Positions 23,394 through 35,649 of a stretch of 64,000 nt of DNA are shown in pieces. This DNA comes from Sporopachydermia quercuum (lineage: Eukaryota): the NCBI GenBank assembly GCA_001599295.1, contig BCGN01000001.1:1798001-1862000 (forward strand), in the 5' to 3' direction. The stretch's first letter is position 1. Each line of letters starts with the position of its first letter. The translations under genes were made by a program, and so were the position numbers. Below the pieces are notes generated by a model, which was not told the DNA's origin, did not search any database, and was given only the letters and a program-made list of their open reading frames with translations.

Positions 23394-23729
23394 ATTTTAT
23401 TACAATTATTGCTCTATATGAATGAACAATGGGATATCAGTATGAATTGAAGTTACAATTCATTCGTCAAGTACTCATATGTTTTTTGACAGTTAGCATT
23501 TGGGTTTAGTTTACTATTTTTAAATAAAGTACATTTACTACTTCAAAATTGCTTAGAATAGATCTGGTAGACATATTTTAATTATATACAAAAAACATCG
23601 TTGTCGTACATATTCATATACTAAACCTGCATTATGCCATTGCCACTCATCATCGTATTACATCATATTGTATCCTTGGAGCACCCTTATGTTCATTCTC
23701 ACATTCATTACCATAGTTCACTCTATCGT

Positions 23730-24236
23730 TTACTCGGTTTTTTGAGGCTTCTTGACACCATATTTACTTCTTGAAGAAACTCTTCCACTAACACCACTCA
23801 AGTCATAAACGCCTCGTACCAAATGGTATCTCACACCAGGCACATCCTGCACTCTTCCACCTCGCACTAACACTACTGAATGTTCCTGGCAATTATGCCC
23901 TTCACCAGGAATATATGCCAGCACTACTTTTCCATTAGCAAATCGAACTCTTGCAATCTTTCTTTGAGCAGAATTGGGCTTCTTAGGTTTAACGGCAAAT
24001 ACCCTGCTCACTACTGCTTTTCTGAATGGGATCCCCGAAACTTCTGGTGATTTGGATTTCTTTATTTTCACAGGTTTCCTAAAACCTCTAACTTTTTGAT
24101 TGATAGTCATTTGATTGAAAGCTGTAGAGCTGAATAACGATTTCCATGGTGTTGTTCCAACTATTGGTGATCCCAACTTCAGACTAGAATATCTTAAAAC
24201 TGGACTCACCAGTGCTTTCCTCAATAGACCAAACAT
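23730..24236 (-). CDS. MRPS12: Mitochondrial ribosomal protein uS12m
   Basis: [45 protein letters not shown]; presequence-like N-terminus from ATG 24236 (MFGLLRKAL). Confidence 0.93.
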   Translation of the reverse strand: MFGLLRKALVSPVLRYSSLKLGSPIVGTTPWKSLFSSTAFNQMTINQKVRGFRKPVKIKKSKSPEVSGIPFRKAVVSRVFAVKPKKPNSAQRKIARVRFANGKVVLAYIPGEGHNCQEHSVVLVRGGRVQDVPGVRYHLVRGVYDLSGVSGRVSSRSKYGVKKPQKTE

Positions 24237-24850
24237 AGTTGAACGACAAAAGGTATTTTGTTGAGTTTTCGTCTCTATTCTAATTATTGATTCTATTCCC
24301 ACTCAACAACACAAGTAACATGATCCGCCAAATTTATCCTCACCTTTTCCTTCATCTCTCTTTCAGTCCAACCATAGAATTCAACTTGTGGTGAAATTCA
24401 CTCAACTCAACATAGAAACCCAATAGTGAGACAAATTTCAAAAGGGGACGTCTAGAGAGCAGTGCAGGATTTACCCCCAGTTTTTTTCAGCGTACATTTC
24501 AGAACATATGATTACTTTCTCCATTGTCTCTCTCTAGTTTTTTTTCCACTCACCATTTACTACAAACAATACAAGCCAGATATTGTAATATGTAATTACT
24601 TATGGCATAGATATAGCTTTACTACAATTTCTAAATTCGTATTAAATATTTCATATTAAAAAAAGAATTGTATATTAATTGGTATTTTAAGTACTGAATT
24701 AATTAGAGAATCTCGCTGTTACTCAACACACTCTGAAACATTGTGGTTGTACAACTTCGTGATACCCTGTACCATTAGAATTATTGCCACTAGTAGTAAT
24801 ACCTCAATACCGGTAGTGTAAATACGTTAAAGAGTCTTTTTAGTAACAAG

Positions 24851-25783
24851 ATGGCTGAAGAAGGGGAAAGATATTCAGATCAAGAAAGATCTGCATCTCC
24901 AGCAAATGAAAGAGACGCTTCACCTGAAAGAAGGAGTTACAGAGAATCTGACGAAGGAAGAGATAGAGAAAGAGACTATGATAATGATGACAGACGAGAA
25001 GATGATTATAGAGAAAAAGAAAGAGATAGCGACAGAGATTACCGAGATGGTGACAGAGAATCTTATCAAGAATCTGCCCCTCCCAATGATGACGATGAAG
25101 CAAAGAATGAAGGGACAAACTTGTTTGTCACTGGGTTAGCAAGAGCTGTCACTGAGACCGAGTTATCAGACTTGTTCGCTAAGTATGGCACAGTTGACAG
25201 ATGCCAAATTATGGTTGATCCTCACACACGTGAATCAAGAGGTTTCGGTTTTATAGATATGAGTGAAGTCGAAACAGCAACTGCTGCTTTAGAAGGTCTT
25301 AATGGTGTCGAAGTTGCTGGTCGTACCATCAGTGTTGAAAGAGCAAGAAGAAAGAGACCTAGAACTCCTACCCCAGGTAAGTACTTTGGCCCACCTAAAC
25401 GTGGTTTCCGTGGTGGTAGAGGTGGCTTTGGTTTCAGAGGATCTAGACGTGGTGATTACGGTAGAGGCCCACCAAGAGGGTACAGGGATTACCCTCCAAG
25501 AAGTTATGAAGGAGGAAGATACGGTGACAGATATGGCGATAGATATGGCGGTGATCGTTACGGAGAGAGATATTCCTATCCTCCCAGAGACGATCGTGAT
25601 CGTTACAGAGATCGTGATTACAGAGACTCTAGAGACCGATATCCTCCTAGTGATTACCGTGATAGAAGCGATCGTTATGATCGTAGACCAACATCACCAA
25701 GACCTTACAGAGATGATGCTCCACCTGCTAGAGAAAGATATCCACCTGCAGGGGGGGAAGAATCTGCTGACAGATGGAGATAA
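24851..25783 (+). CDS. Tra2/SR45a-like RRM splicing factor with flanking RD/RS-rich domains
   Basis: RNP2 NLFVTGL, RNP1 RGFGFI, DPHTRESRGFGF and post-RRM linker RRKRPRTPTPGKY typical of the Tra2/SR45a family. Confidence 0.85.
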   Translation: MAEEGERYSDQERSASPANERDASPERRSYRESDEGRDRERDYDNDDRREDDYREKERDSDRDYRDGDRESYQESAPPNDDDEAKNEGTNLFVTGLARAVTETELSDLFAKYGTVDRCQIMVDPHTRESRGFGFIDMSEVETATAALEGLNGVEVAGRTISVERARRKRPRTPTPGKYFGPPKRGFRGGRGGFGFRGSRRGDYGRGPPRGYRDYPPRSYEGGRYGDRYGDRYGGDRYGERYSYPPRDDRDRYRDRDYRDSRDRYPPSDYRDRSDRYDRRPTSPRPYRDDAPPARERYPPAGGEESADRWR

Positions 25784-27793
25784 ATCAACTAATCGGAAAT
25801 ATTGAAGGTTTTTCTTTCTCTCATCAATGCTATCTCTTTCAATAATAATCTTATGATCAGAAACGCAACTTTATTTATATGATTATCAGCTTTGCGAGTA
25901 AGTTGACAGAAATCAAGAACAAGCAAATGCAATCATTATTCAAATGTTTTCAGTACCACCATTTTCAGTATAATTAAATTATTGCTCCATTATTATAATA
26001 ATAGTCTCTAGAATTAATTTATCAACAGAATAATCAACTTGTCAAGCTACCCATTATAAATCTTGTCACCATGATTACAATTTCATCTTTTATATGTATC
26101 TTGTTTATTCAATCAGTATCTGTATAATTATTCAACCTTGTTGATACAGCGTTCAGCTTAATTCAATATTTTCAGTTCTCAATAGTTCATATTAACAAAC
26201 TCGTCATATGCTCATTCCTCACGCCTCACTGACACGAATAATTTCAAAACAATTAATTATTATAACTATCCAGCAAATAGCTGTTCAATAAGTTGCCTCT
26301 TCATAAACAACTTGATGAAAAGCAGAAACTCAACGAAGAACGAAAGGGACACCTGAAAGGAAGGACGTATTAACATTAAAGCCAATAAGCATCAATCGCC
26401 GTCACTTAAATAATCCCGGCTTCAATTGATTTCTTTTTATTTTCAACCTTAATTATGTAAATGTTCAGCCTTAATTGTATCAATAACTGAGAAAATGAAA
26501 ATCAAAGTGTTTTAAGATCCAAAAGTATACACAACAGTAATAGCAACCGGTAATGCAGTGAATAGCAGGTATTAACTAGTAGCATTACCTATTAACATGA
26601 CAACTTCAACATGCTATAATCATTGAGAACTTCATAGCTATTATTCAAAATTGTTGTCTTATGATTAGACATTCAATTATAATTCAGCTATTTCACAATT
26701 TAAGGATAAGTTTCGGTGTCATTAATAGACGGTCTGACCTAACAAAATGCTCAACTTAAGATATTTTTTTTTGTAGGGTCAAAAAACTAGTTTTTTTTTC
26801 CTTTTTTACTAACATCATTTCAATAGATATAAATGATCTACTAAATATGGGAAGGCGTATCTGAAATATCAAACTGATAATTTTTCACTATGATGTTTTC
26901 ATCAATCAGTCTATTATTCTAACTTTCTAGCAGAATATGCAATAGCTTCTAATGCATCACCAGAACATTGCTTTTTGAGATTGAACAGAACAGGGTATCA
27001 AAAAATTGATCTCTGATACCTCTTGCAGTTAAGGAAACATAGCAGTCTTTATCTTTTTTTCGTAAACCAAATACCATAGTTAGAACATTGGTGATACCAA
27101 AAGCGCTCACGGTAAGTTGATCTATCGACTTACACCAAATGATGTTCTCGTCTTGTTCTATCGATATAAACGTACCTGTGCAGAGACGTGTATCATTAGG
27201 ATCTGAGTTCGAATGTCTATTTCTATGATACCATGTGAAACATCAGTTGATTGAATGAGTAATGTTGATTACCGCAGAAAATATATTAAATCCACACCAT
27301 ATGGTTTATACCATATAACCTATAGTTCTCTTGGTACTAGCTGCGATATAATACCAGTTCAACAAATACCTTTGGAATTATTTGCACATTACTTCACAAC
27401 CAGTCAACATTTTAATATTACATTAGATGTATAATGTTTACCCAATTGCAGTCTTATACATTTACTACACGCCTAACTGACCCTTGATCATAACATTATT
27501 AAAATTTGTGATTATCTACAATAAACTATTTACATATGAATCATCATACACGAAACTTCAAAATATCTATCTAATTAGTCAATTTCTCGTATGAAGATTT
27601 CTCACATTAGCATTCAGAGAAACAGATTATCAACATTCCAAGTGTGACACTACTCTTTATGATCATTAATGTCCCTCGAATATAATACCATCTTATCATC
27701 TTTTCACCAATTATTGAACTAATCATTAAATGTAATAAAAACAACACGCTAGCCCCGATCAAACTTAACCCAATAGGAGCCAAACCACTTGCT

Positions 27794-30181
27794 TTATTTG
27801 AAAGACTGTAAAGCGGATTCTAATTTTATAATCATTTCTTCCCATTCAGCTTCGGGATCGCTTAAGATTGTGATTGCTCCACCAGCACCAATTCGCCATG
27901 TCATCAGATTCCCGTTATTCTCTGCTTCATAATTGAAAGCCGAACGAATCATAACGCTCCAATCACATCTCCCACATAAACTGAAATAACCAGTAACACC
28001 TGAATATGCCCCACGCACACCTCCCTCGGCTCCTAATGCTGATTCTAAGCCATTAAGCAATTCCACAGATCTTTTCTTTGGAGCACCCGTCATTGACCCT
28101 GGAGGTAATGAGTAAGCAAGCAAATCCAATCCTTGATAACCTGGTTTCAAATCACCTTCAATCACTGAAACTAATTGATATACTGTTTCATATTCTTCAA
28201 CAACCATTAATTCTGGGACAACAACATTATCAGCAACCAGATTCACGTCATGACGAATCAAATCTACAATCATTAAATTCTCAGCTACTTCTTTAGGAGT
28301 TTTCAATAGTTCTGTGGCTTGTTCAATTGTCATTGTCTTTGATTTCTTCACAGTACCTTTTATGGGTCGCAATTGACATTTATTCTCTTTCGAACATGAA
28401 AGGAATCTTTCAGGTGATGTGCCAAGAATCGTAACCAAAGGTAGTGGCATGTAACAAGAATATGGGGATGGATTTCTAGTCCGTAAAATCTTGTACATCT
28501 CAAAGTTGTCAATACGACTAGTGTTAATCTTTGTTTGAGCTGTAACGCATAGCTCATATGAATCTCCTGTTTGAAGATATGATTGAGCTTTCTTGATTGT
28601 CTGAATATACTCATTCTTATCAGGTAATACATAAGAAACTGGTCCCTCACTGATTTGAGCAGCTGAAGTGAACAATTCACTATGTCTTAGACCGCTTGAG
28701 CTGTTAATATGGCCATTATTGTCATTACTTAATATCTTATCCACATCAGGAACCAAGCTATCAACCCATGGCTTATCATCCGATTTGATGCTGCAAATAT
28801 AAACATTATGAGATTCGTTATCATAGAGAATAAACCTTTCAATGAATACTAACGTTGTGTCAGGAATAAACAAATCATCAGTAGGTTCTTTACAACGGGT
28901 ATCAAATTTTGGAAATTTGGTGAATCTTCCTTCTTCGTAGGAAAAAAAGCCTAAGAGACCACCAAAGAAAGGCCAATCCAGTTCTTTTGAAATAGGCTCA
29001 ATACCTGATTTGTAAGGATAAATAAACGATGCAATATACTCCCAAACATCAGCTTGCTTCCAGCTTAATTTTTTATGGTTTCTATTTTCAAATGCGTCCC
29101 AAACTGTTGACAAAACATACTCTGGCTTATGAAACTTCGAATGCATTATAACAGGCGACTGATTAGCAATTGGAATACCAATAATTGACCATCGACCAGG
29201 ATTGGCAGCCGAGTTTAAGCAAACAATATCTGGTCCAAGATATTCACAGATCTTATCTGTCACTGCATATTTCTCACTACCACTAAAAGTAAGTGTCCTA
29301 TAGTAAAGATCAACCTTTCCCGTTGTATTTATGTTATCACTAGCTTTCTCTAATTCAGGGCATGGTATAATTGGATTAGGATCAACTTCGTATAATGAAG
29401 TCAAATGGTGAATTGCTTTCTCGCCTTCCGGTGTTAATTCTTTCCTATTAAAGTCTCTTTTGTTACTATTCCAACTTATAGCTAGCATGAAAAAGTTGTC
29501 CATCAAAATATTACCTTGCTGAGAGCAGATTGATTCAGGGTGATATTGAACACCATAATATGGTAGAAATTTATGTTGCACTGCCATAAGAATATCCTCT
29601 TCGTTATCATCATCATAAGTATAGGCCAATGGTATTAAATCTGACGATGACTCGACTCCATTTTCAACCTCTTGAGTTTCTTCCATGGGCATAGTAGCAA
29701 ACAATGAATGATACCTAACCGACGGGACAGGATTATCGCAACCGGAAAATAATTCACTATCATCTATCCATGAAACCTTGTATACAATACCATGCTTTGG
29801 TAGTACTAGATTGTCAATTTCATAACCAAAACATAAGCANAAGCTTTGAAATCCTAAGCAAATGCCCATAATAGGAATATTAACCTTGGCTTTATATAGT
29901 TGGGAGATAAATCCCGTATCGTGTTCATTGTTGGGATTTCCAGGACCAGGACCAACAATAATTGCATCAAATAAGGGTAGATACTCGTTTAATTGTTCAA
30001 AGGTGATGCTGTCATTATGAATTGTTATCACTTCAGCATTTCCTGTTACTTTCTTAATTTGCTGACACAAATTGAATGTGAATGAATCGTATGAGTCAAT
30101 TACCAATACTCTTGATATCAAATTTGAGTTACCAGTTGATATCAGTTGGTTCTCATCACCCTTTGTTATTTTCTCTTCCAT
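27794..30181 (-). CDS. ABZ1: Aminodeoxychorismate (PABA) synthase, fused GATase + chorismate-binding domain
   Basis: LVIDSYDSFTFNL, GPGPGNP, GICLG, VQYHPES; SPERF, RPIKGT, AENLMIVDLIRHD, PPGSMTGAPKKRS. Confidence 0.95.
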   Translation of the reverse strand: MEEKITKGDENQLISTGNSNLISRVLVIDSYDSFTFNLCQQIKKVTGNAEVITIHNDSITFEQLNEYLPLFDAIIVGPGPGNPNNEHDTGFISQLYKAKVNIPIMGICLGFQSXCLCFGYEIDNLVLPKHGIVYKVSWIDDSELFSGCDNPVPSVRYHSLFATMPMEETQEVENGVESSSDLIPLAYTYDDDNEEDILMAVQHKFLPYYGVQYHPESICSQQGNILMDNFFMLAISWNSNKRDFNRKELTPEGEKAIHHLTSLYEVDPNPIIPCPELEKASDNINTTGKVDLYYRTLTFSGSEKYAVTDKICEYLGPDIVCLNSAANPGRWSIIGIPIANQSPVIMHSKFHKPEYVLSTVWDAFENRNHKKLSWKQADVWEYIASFIYPYKSGIEPISKELDWPFFGGLLGFFSYEEGRFTKFPKFDTRCKEPTDDLFIPDTTLVFIERFILYDNESHNVYICSIKSDDKPWVDSLVPDVDKILSNDNNGHINSSSGLRHSELFTSAAQISEGPVSYVLPDKNEYIQTIKKAQSYLQTGDSYELCVTAQTKINTSRIDNFEMYKILRTRNPSPYSCYMPLPLVTILGTSPERFLSCSKENKCQLRPIKGTVKKSKTMTIEQATELLKTPKEVAENLMIVDLIRHDVNLVADNVVVPELMVVEEYETVYQLVSVIEGDLKPGYQGLDLLAYSLPPGSMTGAPKKRSVELLNGLESALGAEGGVRGAYSGVTGYFSLCGRCDWSVMIRSAFNYEAENNGNLMTWRIGAGGAITILSDPEAEWEEMIIKLESALQSFK

Positions 30182-31207
30182 TTCGATTTGATATTACCAC
30201 TGCTAACTATAAGTATCGTTTATACTTGTGGTATTGAATTATACTGGACAGAATAGTATCAAGTAAATGTGTTTCGTGAACTATGAAATNAGCTTGATCT
30301 TCCAACAGTCAAGTAGCGAACGTAACAGCAGGTTCTATCAACTTCACGGCACTCAATGAATGAGCTCTTTGCTTCAATATCGTCTTTATGAATTCGCTAT
30401 AATTTACTTTTTCAGCAAATTACAACGAGACAACCAATATGTTATCTACCGTAATCCCAGCATTCAAATAGCCAACAAAAATAAATAAATCTAATCGAAA
30501 ACTAACAATAAACTTGCAAACGTTTTTTTCCCAATATATACGTTTGTAGAATCTCACCAACAGACAGTTCTCATAAAATACTATCCAACCAATTAACGAA
30601 TCATACAAACCACCGTTATTAATTACGCACCTTCAACTCTTCATCTATTAGTATCTATCAATGAATTCGGCACTGACACATCAATAAATGCATCAATTTC
30701 CCTCCACAACAACGCTCAACTAGACTCCAATAACAAAGAAAGAGTAAAGACTGTTTCAAAGCGTTCATAGCCTTTCCTGTTATCTTTCTCTATTTTTATT
30801 TCCTTTTCTTCTGAGAGAACCAAAAGAATATACTTCACAAGATGGTCCCTTTTTTCGTTAAAATTGTTTGATTTTCTTTGGTTGATTTCATTTCTTACTT
30901 TGGCAATTGAATTTGTCACTTTTCGTTTTACTTCGTTAGCTATAAATGTCTTAAAACAGGTGTTTCACAAAAAGGAGAAGGAAATTTGCCGTTTGTGTTA
31001 GAGAGACTATCATCATATTTCTTGTAACAGCATTAGTCTGCTATATTTGACTCATATGGTATTTATACCTGAGAGATGATGAAAGAATTAATTGCTCAAT
31101 TATTATTTGGAATAGATCTTAATTGGGATTTTCGATAGTGTTGATATTACTGAGAGGATTTTGATTTGTTAGTTAGGTNCATTAACATAGTAGTTGAGAA
31201 GAAAAAA

Positions 31208-31610
31208 ATGATTGAAGTTCATTGTAATGATAGGTAAGCACGGGTAGGACTTTGTATTGCAATTGCTATAAGCAAGCACATTCTTAGAAAATACTTAGAA
31301 GAAATAGTGATACAATAGTGATGAAATAGCTAGCACGGTAGCGTTAGATGTAATACCATCTTAAAGCAGAGAAGGTATCATTCCACTAGTACNTTTACTA
31401 ACTATCTCATATAGATTAGGAAGAAAAGTGAGAGTGAAATGTCTCCCCGATGATACGATTGGAGATTTCAAGAAGTTGTTGGCAGCTCAAATTGGTACAG
31501 CTCCTGAGAAATTGGTATTGAAGAAAGGAATCACTACATTCAAAGATCATATTACACTTGCGGATTATGAAATTCATAATGGTATGAATTTAGAATTATA
31601 TTATTCATAA
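31208..31610 (+). CDS. HUB1: Ubiquitin-like splicing modulator Hub1/UBL5 (exons 31208-31233, 31415-31610)
   Basis: [30 protein letters not shown]...[15 protein letters not shown]; intron 31234-31414 GTAAGC..TACTAAC..TAG. Confidence 0.96.
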
Positions 31611-31706
31611 ATCAAGCAGGCTTAGTACTTGGTTAACTAATGTACAAAAATATTCTGCATCGCAGACAAATGAGATTACTATGAGAAATGCAATACTATC
31701 AGTTGT

Positions 31707-32783
31707 TCATAGGAAATATTCAACTGGTTTGGGCTGAGGAAATCCATTAGTCAGTTGACCGTTTTTATCAAAATTATTGGGATCCATAACTAATAATCGC
31801 TGTTCTTCATTCTCAGGAGCGGTATCAAATACATTGAAGAACTTTTCACCGTCTGTATCAACCTCGAGAACAGAGGCTAGATTACCACATCGATAGCAAT
31901 AATTTGGAGCGGACCATACCGTCGATAATAGACCATCAAAAAGAACTTGGTATCCTTCTTGACAAAGCTGATGNGCTCGTAGGATATGAGATGTGTCATT
32001 GACAGCTAAAAATTTGTTTACTACTAGCTTGCCAAAGGTGTATCCTGCTCCCCGGGGACTAAGAGCAAAATTAACTTGCGTTTCATCGGGATCAGACCAA
32101 ACTAAATCTGCCATCAAACCTTCATGAGGTATTTCTCTAAATCTATCCAATACTCTAATTTGATCTAATGAATGCAAGGCAGGACTCAATCCTCCATGAA
32201 CACAGAATATATTATTATCAATTATCGCAGAAAGCGTTAGATAGTCAAATACATCTGTAAAATACGACCATGTAGTAGATGAACCATATTTTCTAATACA
32301 CTCAGTATAAAACCCATAATTCTGTGTAATTCCTCGGCTTTCATGGTTCCCCCGAATCAAATTAATCCTCGTAGGATACCTTATCTTTAAACAAAATAAT
32401 AGTGTAATTGTTTCTACGGAAAACAAACCACGATCAACATAGTCTCCCAAAAACAAATAGTTTGTATCAGGACATTTACCCCCTATTTTGAATATCTCCA
32501 ACAAATCATAATACTGCCCATGTATATCGCCTACAACGGTTACAGGCGATTTTATTGCAACAACATTTGACTCTTGAACCAATAGCTCCTTGATCTTTAA
32601 ACAGATCACTCTTACTGTCACCTCAGGAAGTAGTTCCCGTTTATAAAGTCGTTCAATGCATTCATCGAGATCGAAATTCGCTGTTACAAGTTTGTTAGTT
32701 TCTGCTTACTCAACTACCTCCCAACAAATATCCACTTTCAATACAACTCGGCGTCTTCATAACTTACATAATAATTCTGTCAT
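31707..32783 (-). CDS. PPG1: PP2A-like Ser/Thr phosphatase catalytic subunit Ppg1 (exons 32783-32768, 32680-31707)
   Basis: [39 protein letters not shown]-terminal VEYFL; intron 32767-32681 GTAAGT..AACTAAC..CAG gives [17 protein letters not shown]. Confidence 0.85.
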
Positions 32784-33233
32784 GAATACAATGTTAAGAT
32801 GTATCTATATGATCTGTTCTTTAACCTAGGAGACACATAATACTTTTCACACTATGAGCGCCAACAATTAACGTTTGCATTCGTTGTTGAAGATAACTAA
32901 CTTCCTTAAGTTAAATTTCAACAGACCACTTGAATTGCCAATTGAATCATCAACAATCTAAATCAGTTGATGTATTATGATTTCAGCCTTCAGTCGATAC
33001 TGGTGTTGTTTAGTCACGTCACTGTATATTGGTTACTTCTACATTTTTTTAATAAGATTACAAATTTGACAAAATTGTGCCTCACATTAACTGTGAAAGG
33101 AATTGAGACGCTATATTCATTTTTGATTACGTAATGTACAGATGAAGCAAAGCACTTGAAAGAGAACTGAAAATATATATTTAAAATACATACAGAGTAT
33201 GAAAATTATCATAAGAGCAAAACTTTGTAGATT

Positions 33234-34799
33234 TTAGGTCAATCTGTAGAAGAGTTTGGAAAAAATAGCAACAAATACAGAAGAAATCAATGCAAGACCA
33301 AGGTATGTCCTTTTTGTAGGAGGTCCTGTTCTGTTGAAAGCCGTCCTAGAAGGACGACTTGCCAAATTGAATTGTTTCAAATTAGAAGGTGTAGCTTTGT
33401 AGCGAATTTTTAGTAACAAATCAGCCCAAAATGGTGATGAGACAACTGTTCTGAAATGTGAAAACTCTTGGAATGATTTGTATCCATGGTAGGCACCGAT
33501 ACCTGACTCACCTATGCCACCAAAAGGAACGGTGTAGACACCAACATGGAGTAAACTGTCATTGATCATGGCACCACCAGATCTAATACCTTCCAACAGC
33601 TTGGTTTGCTCTTCTTTATTTTGTGAGTAAATATACATAGCTAATGGTGTGTCATGATTGTCAACAACATTCTTGATTACTTCATCCAAATTTTCGTACT
33701 CAATGATAGGCAAAATAGGACCAAAGATTTCACCTTGCATTGTTGAATCGTTGAATGTAACGCTACTGACAATTGTCGGTGGAACATATCTTGAGTTTTC
33801 GTCACATGCAGCTAATCCTCCAGCCAAAACGTCACCTTTCGTATCTTTCAAATAACCTACTAATCTGTTATAGTTTCGCTCATTTCCTATATGAGTAAAT
33901 TCAAGAGTGTCTTTAGTTAGCTCCCCATAAAGTTCTTTATATGTTTCAACCAACGATTCCAAGAACTCAGTTTTGATAGATTTATCAATTAATATGTAAT
34001 CAACGGCAACACAGGTTTGACCTGCATTAGCGAACCGTCCCCACAGTAATCTTCTGGTTAGAGTTTTCCAATTGAAAGAATCGCTAGTAATTGTTCCTGA
34101 ACCAAAATGTTTTGAGACAATAGCAGGCGATTTACCCCCAAGTTCCAATAACGTGGGTGTTAAATTTTGAGCTGCTGCTTTGGCAACAATTCTTCCAACT
34201 ACTCCATTTCCTGTNTAAATGATCTTATCAAATTTTTGGCCTAAGACAGCTGTTGTTTCTTTAACACCTCCATTCACGACAGTGAAAATCTTGGAGTCTA
34301 ACGTCTCTGTTAAAATATCTGTTAAGAGTTGTGAGGTATGCTCACATACCTCACTAGGTTTCCAGCAAACTGTGTTACCAGCAGCAATTGCTCCGACAAT
34401 GGGAGAAATAGACAGAAAAATAGGATAATTCCAGGGAGAAATCACCAAAACAGATCCATAAGGAATTGGTTCAAGTTTTATGCCAAGTGCTTTAAACGTG
34501 ATAGGAAGGTTATCGGGCTTCTTTGGTTTAACCCATTTCTTTAAGTTGTTGATTATGAAATGCAGCTCAGATAATGTACTATTGATTTCTAATGTTTCTG
34601 TTTCGAAGGGAGAACGATGGAAATCCTTCTGTAGAGCGTCGTTGAGAAGATTGATATTATCATAAACAGCGTAATAAATATCTCTAAGAACTTCCAAACG
34701 TTTCTCTAGCGGGAGAAGAACCTTTCTGCTTTCAATAGATGAAATGGTCTCTATCAGACCAGCGATATCCTCAACTGGAGTGTAATGGAGAACGGACAT
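33234..34799 (-). CDS. HFD1: Fatty aldehyde dehydrogenase (ALDH3 family) with C-terminal membrane anchor
   Basis: PWNYP, LELGGKSP, NAGQTCVAVDY, EIFGPILP, PFGGIGESGIGAYHG; hydrophobic tail. Confidence 0.9.
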   Translation of the reverse strand: MSVLHYTPVEDIAGLIETISSIESRKVLLPLEKRLEVLRDIYYAVYDNINLLNDALQKDFHRSPFETETLEINSTLSELHFIINNLKKWVKPKKPDNLPITFKALGIKLEPIPYGSVLVISPWNYPIFLSISPIVGAIAAGNTVCWKPSEVCEHTSQLLTDILTETLDSKIFTVVNGGVKETTAVLGQKFDKIIXTGNGVVGRIVAKAAAQNLTPTLLELGGKSPAIVSKHFGSGTITSDSFNWKTLTRRLLWGRFANAGQTCVAVDYILIDKSIKTEFLESLVETYKELYGELTKDTLEFTHIGNERNYNRLVGYLKDTKGDVLAGGLAACDENSRYVPPTIVSSVTFNDSTMQGEIFGPILPIIEYENLDEVIKNVVDNHDTPLAMYIYSQNKEEQTKLLEGIRSGGAMINDSLLHVGVYTVPFGGIGESGIGAYHGYKSFQEFSHFRTVVSSPFWADLLLKIRYKATPSNLKQFNLASRPSRTAFNRTGPPTKRTYLGLALISSVFVAIFSKLFYRLT

Positions 34800-34919
34800 T
34801 GTGTATAGATGTTCTTTTCAAATAGAATGAATTTCTCTGAAAATAGCATCAATGTTTAGATCAAGACTCGCCTTACCAATTATTATTTTCTTTATTCAGC
34901 TTGAAAGAAAATAGCCATC

Positions 34920-34939
34920 TATATATATATATATATATA
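34920..34939. repeat. (TA)n microsatellite / TATA region upstream of HFD1
   Basis: About 10 TA units; a second (TA)n at 35398-35417. Confidence 0.85.
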
Positions 34940-35030
34940 ATACTATCACCAACGAGGTTTATTTATATCAAACCCTACTTGTTTCAATCGCCCCCTACTT
35001 ATTTTTGCCGTATAATCAACTTTAGAATAC

Positions 35031-35036
35031 CCTCGG
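35031..35036 (-). promoter_or_regulatory. CCGAGG (FarA/Ctf1/Por1-type) element upstream of HFD1
   Basis: CCTCGG on +, about 230 bp upstream of the HFD1 ATG, overlapping CGG-N5-CCG. Confidence 0.4.
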
Positions 35037-35476
35037 CAATACCGCTGATAGCTAATTAAGCTTACCCTGACTTGTTTAATATATCATATGTCATTATATA
35101 TGTTTCTTACGTCTTTGCTATTGACGATAATATTGAACAATAACTTCAATTGAATGCTTAAGTGCGTGGAAATTGTGGTTACAATTGTTATCACATCCAT
35201 GTGATGTTATCACTGAAACCGAAAGAGCCGGAACAAAGGATGAGAATGAAATATTGAAATAATGTATAGGATAGAGATGAATTGGTATAGTAAAGAACGC
35301 TTTGGACGTCTATACTTGAAGGGAAAGAGTTTAAGATAGAAATCAAACAGCTCTTTATTGTAAAGTGTATTTGATGGGAATTATTAACAATTCATTCATA
35401 TATATATATATATATATTTAAGATTGATAGCAGCCTGATATTTTCATGTGAGAGAGAAATCTATAGAGTTTTCTCT

Positions 35477-35485
35477 TCACGTGAC
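35477..35485. promoter_or_regulatory. bHLH E-box (Cbf1-type TCACGTGAC)
   Basis: Exact RTCACGTG-type match on the minus strand; another ATCACGTGAT at 58681-58690. Confidence 0.35.
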
Positions 35486-35649
35486 GTTTTGTCAACTAAA
35501 AAATGGCCATTAGGATAATGATTTGATTTCACTATTGACTGGGAACACCGGTACAGGCTGATTGTTATTGATTTCACTCATAAACAAGACTCATTGTCGC
35601 AGTGATGGTATACTGACAGAATTACACCAAAACATATTGTTTCTGCTGT

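Noticed and set aside
27139..27206. ATGATGT...CTGA C/D-like pair after the 27112 donor
   Set aside because: Degenerate C box and only a short possible rRNA match.
30716..30919. 67-aa GTG-start ORF with upstream GCTAAC
   Set aside because: No credible donor or ATG exon; composition is A-rich intergenic.
33234..33270. Internal SKL near the HFD1 C-terminus as a cryptic PTS1
   Set aside because: Followed by FYRLT; no splice or stop event found that exposes it.
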